Source: Podarcis gaigeae (lineage: Eukaryota). From it: a DNA stretch of 64,000 nt. The position numbers were made by a program, and so were the translations under genes. Position 1 is the first letter of the stretch, and the number at the start of each line of letters is the position of its first letter. This document shows positions 50,601-60,790 of this stretch, in pieces. The notes beneath the pieces were generated by a model. The model was not told the origin of the DNA and ran no database searches. It was given only the letters and a program-made list of their open reading frames with translations. The stretch lies in NCBI GenBank assembly GCA_964106915.2, contig OZ066918.1; one strand, 5' to 3'.

Positions 50601-53600
50601 GAGAAAGTGTGGGAAGACAGATGTGGTGTAGGAGGGGCCTATCTTGCTCAGGTCATTCTTGTTTCTATCTACGCACCCACCACACCCAAAATAATGCAAT
50701 ACCTAGGTTTGCTACACATTTGGAATTTCCTAGGCCTATCTGGAATGCTGCATTCAGCAGCAGCATCTGGAAGGAAATTGTGAAAATATCTGGGAAAATC
50801 TGGACATATGGGAGTCCATGTCAGCAGTGTTATTTGCCGATTTCCCATAAAAACAGCTCAAAAACAGCAAAAAAGCTCAACGACTTTGGCCAAAAGTTTG
50901 AAATATGGCAACCCTAGCTATACCCTTCAGAACTAGGCTTTCCTATATAACTCTGTGGGGAGAAAGATGGAGAAAGAGCTGCAGAAAAGGAGCCATTAAT
51001 CTATCAAGTCCTTTGTGTTTCACAACCTGCATAAAGTGTCCTCTTTGCCAGAAAGTTGCTGCAAAAACCCCTCTCATCATTGGGGGTGTGTCTCTCTCTC
51101 TCCTAGGATGCCTACTGGCCTCTCTTCCTCTCGCTGGTGGTTGTTCCTGCCTTCCTGCAGCTGATTCTCCTGCACTGGTTTCCAGAAAGCCCCCGTTACC
51201 TTCTTATTGAGAAGAACAATGTCCTTGGAGCTACTGATGGTAAGGGAAGTGCGAGGATCTTCGTTTCTTACCGCTTGGAAATATTTTGGGGTGGCTATGA
51301 GAGGCAATAAAAGTTTGCCATTGCGTGGCAGGGCTACCCACAGCCTCCAGGCCTCCAGCTGGCCATCCCTGTCCTGGATACTCTTCTCACCCGCGTTGTC
51401 TTAACCCTACAGCACTGCGTTGGTTCCTGGGCAAGTATGATGTGCAGGACGTAATCGAAGAGATGCAGGAGGAGAAGCGCTCGCTGGCTTCTGTGGAGAC
51501 GGTGTCTGTGTGGCACCTGCTCTTGGATCCCTCTGTGCGATGGCAAGTTCTCTCCGTCGTGGTGATCAACATGGGCATGCAGCTCTCAGGGATTGACGCG
51601 GTAAGGGCTGCAGGATCGATCACCCCTGCCACAAGGCCGCTGGGCTGGCCTGTGCCTCCTGCACCTTCATTCAAGCACAACAGTATTCCAACTTCGCTGC
51701 TCTCTTCCCCCGTTTAAACCTCTGGGCGTATTTCCCCCATGTATCTGCAACACCTTCGCTAATTGGAGCCAAAGAACTCTGAGCTAGGTGCCAAAAGTCA
51801 AGAGTTACTGTTGCTCCTCCCAAATCATGAATATTTATTTAAATTTCCGTACCGCCTTTCTTCCCAAAATGGAGGCAAATTGCAAAACAGAAAAATAATG
51901 CATAAATAAATAAATCTAAAACCTTGTAAAACAGTCATATCCCCTCACAGCTAGTAATGCCACATTTGCAGGAAACAGTGCTTTTCAGCCATCAAATGCC
52001 TGGAGGAACAGGAATGTTTTAAAATTCCACCAGAATGTTAATAGTGGGGAACTACCACCATGGAGACCCTGTCACAGGCAGCGCCCAGCACTGCCAACAG
52101 GCTGAGATGGTTGACATTCTTAGGTACTTTGGTCCCAAGCCTTTTAGGGTTTTGTAAGCTAGTTCCAGGCTTTGTGCACCTTGAATAGAGCCTTACTGAC
52201 ACCCACTCTGCTTGCAAAAGGAGGGAGGGAGAAGGGTTCCGCATGTACTTTTCACTCTAGCCCTGCCTACCACTGATATGCAGCCCTTAACAGATTACTC
52301 CCAAGCAAATACAGCCCATGGCAGAAAAAGGCTCCCCACTCATGTTTTACATCATGCATTAAAATGATTTACTATAATTCATGGTAGAGCATAATTAATC
52401 CCAGGAGGGAGGGGTTGGGCGATTAAAAATGAGGCACTCATATCTTAATAAAAGTGCTGTTAGTACCAGCATACAAATGGTTGCCATAAGCAGCCAAAAA
52501 AAGGTGATTTTTCTTATTTTACAAGTGTGCTACAGAATGGAGAAAAGTGGCATGCCTCCAGCTAATTTTGATTTGAACTCAGACCCTCAAACTGTCTTTG
52601 CTAAGTCCCACTGGCATGAAAGGAGAGGATAGGCAGAAATGGTCTGCGGGTGCTAACACACGCTACTCTGCAGCAGTTCCCTGCATACCAGTCCCCTGGA
52701 TTTCCTTGCAGCCTCACGAGGTATGCCACTGTCCTTCCTACTCTTCTAAGCCACACCTACCCCCTCTGCTTATGATTTCTCCTCTTCATTGACAGATCTG
52801 GTTTTACACAAATGTCATCTTTGAGAATGCCGGCATCCCTGACCCAGAGATCCCCTACACTACGGTCGGCACGGGTGCGATTGAGGTCGTTGCTGGCTTG
52901 ATAGGCGTAAGTGTGGAAATCTCTAGTTTGTGTTTGGCTTGTCCTTTAAGAGGGCATCATCCTTCTGCTTTCCTTTTGCACTGAGAGAATAGATTTGTAT
53001 GTACTTTTCATAATGAGACAGGGCAATAATTTCCTAACTCCTATCCAGTGTGGAGGGCACACTCTTGGTTCCTTCAGGATGCTCTCTACCCATTTTCAAC
53101 TGGAAGGATATTGTTCACAGCTGGGCTCTTGGAGAAGAGAACCTGTGAGGTTGCTTGTCACTGCCTGGTCCTAGCAAAGAGCCTTTTCTTGCACTCATTC
53201 TCTGCTCTCCTTGTGTTGCCAAACATAGCCACCAGAAGAGAACTGCTCACTTGCCCTCAGCACTCACCAGATACTGTTTATGAGGCTGGATACACACCAT
53301 AAGTCTAAAGCACCTCCTGGGACTCCTGGGAATTGTAGTTTACCGCCACAGAACTACAATTCCCATAACTCTTAACAAACTACCATTCTCAGGACGGTGG
53401 GAATGTGCTTTAAATGTACGGTGTGTACGAAGCCTAAGCTAGCAGTACTTTCCTTCCTGTCCTAGCTATGTTTCTTCTGGGCCTTTCCTGCTGAGTGGTG
53501 GCAGTGCTCTCCTTAACAGAGCATCGGTCAAGGCACAGGCAGAATGAAAAGTAACAGCTTGGAAGATCTCTCCAGCTGCCTCTTTTTCTCCACTGGAGGT

Positions 53601-54915
53601 AGGAAGTGATGACCATGCAGCAAGTCTACTGATAGGTAAAGGGGAACTGTGTTCCATGCCTTTCTTCCTCAAGTGGGCAATGTGGGAACTGGGCCATAGT
53701 CTGCAATCCTATACATGGAGGCAGCCAGTGTGGTACCTCCAGATGTTGCACTCCACATCCCATCAGCCCCAGGTAGCATAATCAGGGATGATGAGCATTG
53801 TAGTCATAAGAACATAAGAGCCCTGCTGGGTCAGGCTAAAGCAGCCTTTCTCAACCTGTGGGTCCCCAGATGTTGTTGAACTACAACTCCCATCACCCCT
53901 AGCTAGCAAGGCCAGAGCTCAGGGATGATGGGAGTTGTAGTCAAACAACATCTGGGGACCCACAGGTTGAGAACCGCTGGGCTAAAGGCTCATCTAGTCC
54001 TGCACAGAGTGGGACTTACTTCTGAGTAGACAAGGCACTGCTAGATTCTCTGTGATCAAAGAGCAGCCAGCAGACAGAAGAGTGGAGCATTTTGCCTTGT
54101 GGCTTGGGAGGCCAGAGGGATCACAGAACCAGCCTCACTCAGCATGGTCTCTCAAACTCAAGGGTTGAATCATTATGCAGACTTAGTCACAGCCCCTTCT
54201 CTCGTCACCCCCAGACATCTTACCACAGAGAGGAGGATAATCAATGGCACCTCCTGTCTGTGGAGAGGGACTCACAGTATTGTAGGAGGACAGAAGTCAT
54301 TTATTAATCAGATTGCTTGCTTCCCACAACAGACAGGCATTTGTAACACTGATGATTTGCCTTGGGAGATGAGTCAAAAGGACCCTTCTGATTATTGCTA
54401 ATAGCTCGTATGTTTGCATACAGCAGACTCCGGCAAAGGCTTCTGAGGGGTGCAAGCATAGTTACATAAACAACAGATTTGCAGGACACATCCAGTATGG
54501 CATTTGGTTTGTTGGCTTGCTTGTTAGACGAGAGGTATAAATGGCAGGACGATCCCATACCTAATGCATCTTGTCTTATTGCAACAAGGGTGCTCATTCC
54601 AGCTGTCACCGTCCCTTTGACTCCAAATTTTAGCCTAGCTGGGGCAGATTTCCAGCTGGATATCACCCAGGGCTGCCCATGTCGGACCTGTGCCTCTCCC
54701 TATTACACAGGCACATAGCTCTCCCGCCCACCAACCGCCTTTGCTGCCCATCAGCAACGCCTAACTCCGGCAAGCTTATCGCTCCATCAGCCTGATTGCT
54801 CCTGAGTGCCGACAAAAACGGCCCCCAATGGATGCACTGAGGTTGGTTATAAAATTACAGGCATTTGTTCTGCTGTCAGCAGCTTTCCTGCTTTGGCTTC
54901 CTTCTGGCAGCTTCT

Positions 54916-54960
<45 letters not shown>

Positions 54961-57900
54961 ATCGCAACCATAGGCTTCTGGCTCCCAGGATACCCTCCTT
55001 CCTTCCACAACCAGTGCACAAACTGCTCCCATAGCTGGAGCAGAGCCAGGGGTACATCCACAAAAGTTTGTTCCTGAACCCCCTTTCCATCAGCTTTAAT
55101 GAAAACGACCTCACTTCTTCTCTTAGGGATGAACTTAACGGTTCTGCTTTTCAATGGCAGCTGCCCCATAATACATTGGATGAGAAGCCCTTCCCAAAGC
55201 TAGGAATAAAACCAGGACTGGGCATTTCCAGGCTAATGTTGTGCCTTCTATATGTTGACCTCCTTTGTAATGTTTTATTTTGAAATCTTTAAGATAATGT
55301 TTAGTTTCCTGTTAATTATGTTACTCTGAATATATACTTTATATTTGAATTTCTTCAGTAATGTCTATTCTGGATTGTTTTATTTGATGTTTTATTGCGC
55401 ATTGTAAAATGCTTTGTTCCCCCCCCCCTTAAAAATATAAAGTGGTATAGAAATAATAATAATAAGTTGTTGGACTACAAATCTCATCATTCCTGACCTT
55501 TGGCCATGCTGGCCCTGGCTAATGGGAGTTGGGAGTTCAAGAGCATCTGGAGGGTACTATGTTGGCTGCCTCTGACCTAAACTATTTGATCTTGGAAAAT
55601 AGAATGCAGGAGACAATGCCAAGCATAAGGAAGATGTCACATAGTCAGGCTATTGGTTCATCTTGCTTAGCCACTGTCTATGGGCAGCAGTTCTCTATGA
55701 GCAGAACATCAGACAGGGTGACATTCCCTGCTCTACCTGGAGGTGCTGGAGAGTGAACATGGGACCTTCTGCATGCAAAGTGGATGTTCCACCAGTATCA
55801 GATCTATTGCTCTAAAGGTCAGATCCCCATCACCACCACCACATGTGTGTAGAAGCCCAGTATACAAGCTATGCCATTGGGACACCTGCACAACCAGGTG
55901 CCTAAAAACAAGGAGCCCCTACTCTTGAGCATGCACTCACAGGTAGGGCTTCCTTCTCAAGCACCTGCAGGGAACAAATGTTTGTGGGGCAGGGGCAAGA
56001 TGTTGCACTGGGGCACAAACGTATGCCCTGCATTTGACTAGGGCATACTGGATCCCATATTGGATCCCACTCTCCCCTGTTAGTTTCTGTTTTGCCACTG
56101 AGCAGCTGCTTGGAATCACAGGACTCTGTTTACATTCCAGAGACCTTCCAGTCTCACAGGAGGGGAGATGGGATGTGATGTTAGTGGTTTCCTGTTTCCT
56201 TTGTTCCTTTGTTTCAGTTCCTCTCTGCTTTCATAGAGAGAGGATGTCTTTTCTGACTGCGTAGCTTAGAAATAAAACTCTTTACAATGTAGCCCAAACC
56301 TCTCGTCTCTTCCCTGTGCTGGGAACTCTGTTGAATAGAATGTGCCTTGGAGCCTCATCAAAGGCTCGAGATCGTTAATTATTCATCGGAGGCGATTCTG
56401 GAGACTCGGCCGGAAGCTGAGGGTTTATCAGCTTGGCCGAGTGGAGATTCCGACATCCCCTAGCTCTGGAACCAAACCCAGAATTTCTAATGGTTGGCAT
56501 TCCAGCCCCATTGTATAGGCCAGTGATGGCCAAACTTGGTCCTCCAGCTGTTTTTGGACTACAACTCCCATCATACCTAGCTAATGGGACCAGTGGTCGG
56601 GGATGATGGGAATTATAGTCCCAAAACAGCTGGAGGGCCAAGTTTGGCCACCACTGGTATAAGCAATGGGACAAGATGGTTCTGCATCCATGCACTGTCT
56701 ACGTAGCTAAGAATGATTATACTCCATGCTGTACTGTTGGCGTCTATGCATTAAGCTTGTCTGTATACTTTGTGTATATATTTGGGGGAATCGCAGAGAC
56801 CAGGGATGGAAACCTCTGGCCCTCCAGACATTATTGGACTCATCCGCCCCAAACAGCATGGTCAATAGTCAGGGATGATAGGGGTTGTAGTCCAACAACA
56901 TCTGCAGGCAGTGCTGGCTCAGGATACTTTGCTGCCTGAGGCAAGGTATAAAATGTTTTCCTCTCCCATTCCACGTTCAGAAGCCAACTGGACCAGCAAC
57001 TGAATCTTACTTCAAGACCAGCAATGAGGCAGTGTCTTCCCTTGCCTCCGAGAAAGGCAGGTACAGGCCGTGAGGCACACATAACTCTGTCCTTCAACTG
57101 AAGAAAAGGCCAAGGCTGCATCATTCTGCCTAATGGTAGAACCAGCCCTGCCTGGAGCGTCACAAATTCTCCATCTCAGAACAGACAGAGACACATGCAA
57201 AACCCTAATACAACTAGCCAGCAACCTGTCTCCTCGATTTCCCCCTTTCTCTTTGACAGTGCTTCACCATTGAGAAGCTGGGACGTCGCCCTCTCATCAT
57301 AGTTGGGTTCTGTTTCATGGGCATCTGCTGTGCAGGCATCACCCTGTCCCTGATTCTGCAGGTAGGAACAGCCCCATAGACACTTATATACCCATGGATG
57401 GCTGACAACGTCTCTGCAGTCCGTCCCACCCACCACCCACCCCCAATTGCATATTAGATTTTGTGCTTCAGTTTGCACAGTGGGATCAGAAGTGCTGGTG
57501 GATCCTCAGAAACTCTATCCTGCTATATCTATACCACTGGTTTCCTTTTTCACACCTAAATGCTAAAGTGTAAACATAAGCAAGGCTTGGTCCTAGTTCA
57601 TATAATGGTGCAAGTACAGGTGTGACCTCACACAGAAACAGGGATGAGTGCAAGGGGGCAGGATGAGGGTGGCAGGTTTATTTGAGAATCAGGAGATGGA
57701 AGAGAACTACCATCTCTGGAATATTGGTCAAGCTAGGTGGAGGACACCAGCTAAGTTAGGAAGCAAACAGCTAAGCTTGGAGCTATGACAGCAGGGTGTT
57801 GTGCCTCAGCTGCTTGGAACAGAGGTGTCTGCTCAAGCAAGGGTCACAGCATTGGCACAGCTAGCAGTCTGCAGACTGGGACTGAGTGTGGTCAATGGAG

Positions 57901-60735
57901 CTGTAGGATGCAGGCCTGCATGTAGTGGTGGAATCTCAGAACTGAATGAGCCAAAGGGGCCCAGCTGCATTTATGTAAACTCTCTCAATAACCTTCTGTC
58001 CTTCCCACAGGCAACTGTGTCCTGGATGCGTTACGTCAGTGTGGCATGTGTCATTGGCATCATTGCAGGATTCTGCATGGGACCAGGTACGTTTCCGGTG
58101 CCAGACAGAGGCATCCAAAGAAATAACAAGGCGACAAAGCTCCTCTTCAAGATCCCTGGGCACCAGCAAAGCTGTGGATAGGCTGAGATCACAGGAAACC
58201 TGGTCTGAGCTTGTGGCCCCCAAGAACAGGACTGTGAGGGAATGTAAGAAGTTTGCTGATAGGATTCAGGTTATTTTGGGTCTTACAGGAGATGCAATGA
58301 GTGGTGCAATGAGTCTTCTTCTTAGTGGGGTAGGAGAGCTGAAAATAATGCCAATATATTTCACATCTGGCAACCAATGTGCCCTTTTGGTTTGAGATAG
58401 TACATGGGAAGGCTAGTCTAAAATGCCTGAGGACACAAATTTTCATGGCCCTCTAGCAGCTATGGTGGCTCATTTACCAGAAGTAATGTATTTAGCATTA
58501 ACTCTGGTGTATATTTTGCTCTAGGAGGCTTGGTTTGGTCAGAATTGAGTATACACTTCCAGTGTTTAGGCTAAATACATGACTTCTGGAAAATGAGCCA
58601 CCATAACCGCTAGAGGGCCATGAAAGCTTGTGACCTGGGCTTTTTAGACTTGTCTACCTGGGCACTAGTGGGATGTGGCTGGCACCGTGGTCTAAACCAC
58701 AGAGCCTAGGGCTTGCCGATCAGAAGGTCGGTGGTTTGAATCCCCGCAACGGGGTGAGCTCCCGTTACTCGGTCCCAGCTTCTACCAACCTAGCGGTTCG
58801 AAAGCACGTCAAAGTGCTGTGGCAGGAAGGTAAACAGCGTTTCCGCGTGCTGCTGTGGTTCGCCAGAAGCGGCTTAGTCATGCTGGCCACATGACCCGGA
58901 AGCTGTCTGCAGACAAACACCGGCTCCCTCGGCCAGTAAAGTGAGATGAGTACCGCAACCCCAGAATCATCCGCAACCGGACTTAGTGGTCAGGGGTCCC
59001 TTTACCTGCGTACTATCCAAAGGGACACATTGGTTGCCAGATGTGATTTTTTAAATCTCTCCTACCCCACTATTTGAATTGCCCTAAGTGCTGAGGACAT
59101 TTATTTATTTATTTGATAACAATTCTACACTGCTCTTGACCAATAATATGAGAATATGGACTTAAGAAGGTAAGGAGAGACCTGTTGGATCAGGCCAATG
59201 GCCCATGTAGCCCAGCACCCTATTCTCACAGCATCCTATTCTCAAGCAGATACCTGTGGGAAGCCCGCAAACAGGACCTGAGGGCTATGACCACAGCATT
59301 CCCCCCCACTTCTGATTCCCAGCATGTGGTATTCAGAGGCATACCCTGGCTTGGTTCTGGCATTTTGAGTAGCCAAAGGATCATGGTCAGCAGGCCACTG
59401 CTGGGAATCTGACTCTGTCACCACCTGCCATGCCCTAAAACTGGTGCGGCATGAATTGCCTAACGGTGTCTTGCTTTGGATTTCAGAGGCAACTCCTGCG
59501 ATTTCTGCTAACGAAAGGGCCAAAGCAGAGCTCTCTAAATATGATGGACGAGGCGGCTGCTGGTTTACCCAATTGATGTATTAGTATAGCCGCCAACAGA
59601 TCCATAACTCATTGTCGGCCCAGAATTTATTCGCTGTAATTACATCTTTAATTAGGATTTTAATGGCTCATTGTTCACAAACAATGATGAATCTGACTTT
59701 TAAAATAAAAATATCTCTCTTCCCACTCTGGGTGATCTGTGAGCAATGCTCAATCAGGGGTTTTTCTTAACAATCCCTGGATGGATTTCCCCCCAGTATT
59801 ATTAAGGCTGGTGGTTCTTTTTAACAACAACAACAAATATTATTATTATTTCAAGAAGCAGTCCCTTGTGTTCCTGAAAGAAAGTGGTGCTGCCTAAACT
59901 ACCACCAGATCTTGATGCACTAGGGCAGATAGATCTGAAACCTTTCTGTTGCAGGAGCACAAGGTCTTGGCTCCTTCTGTTAAAGAAGTGTCTGTCATCA
60001 GCATCACCATATATACGCAAGTGTGTAGGGCTACGCTGAACCAGAGAGCAGTTTTGTGAATGTCTTTATGCCCCTTGATAAGCAGTCCTTCACTTACAGC
60101 AATTAGAGGGGGTACTCAAAAGCATGCAGAAGTGTTTATGGGTTGTGGGGGGAAAGGGACCACATCTCTGTTGCCTTGGAAACTAGGCTGACAATCCTGC
60201 TTTGCTGCAGTTACGCTGCTTTGCCCTCACTCAGAAGCCCTCTTCCAGCTCTGGATGCACCAGAACATGTGTTGGAATGGGCATTCATGCTCGCAACCTA
60301 CTGAGAGCAACGTAGTGCAGACAGGCCACATCTTCACTCAGATGTGCATCCTGGTATGCATCCAAGGGCACATTCAGGTGTGGGTGTCACCTATTCAACT
60401 GATCTCAGTCGGATGTGCACTCAAACAAACATTTCCATGTGACTTCTGGCAGCCTAGATAGAGCCAGATTAGAGCAATGCAGCTTAGCGGGGCCTCCTCA
60501 CTGTTTTTGTCACGTAGCCAAATCTGATTGGCTCCACAACATCATCACTTTTACTGCATCACCCGTGATTGTCTAAGATCTCTTGGGGTTTTTTAAAGGG
60601 AGGGACAAAGCAGCAATGGATTGAGTGAAAAGAAGTGCAAAAAGTAAAAGACAGGGAGTTTGATTAATGGCTTTTGCATCCTTTATAGTATGTGTTTTGC
60701 CCTGTTCTGGGGCCAAAAATGTGGCACAATTCTAA

Positions 60736-60790
<55 letters not shown>

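Noticed and set aside
51068-51086. Intronic CCCTCTCATCAT matching exon 9 sequence (57288)
   Set aside because: Only a 12-nt match; expected by chance in 64 kb and shows no extended homology.
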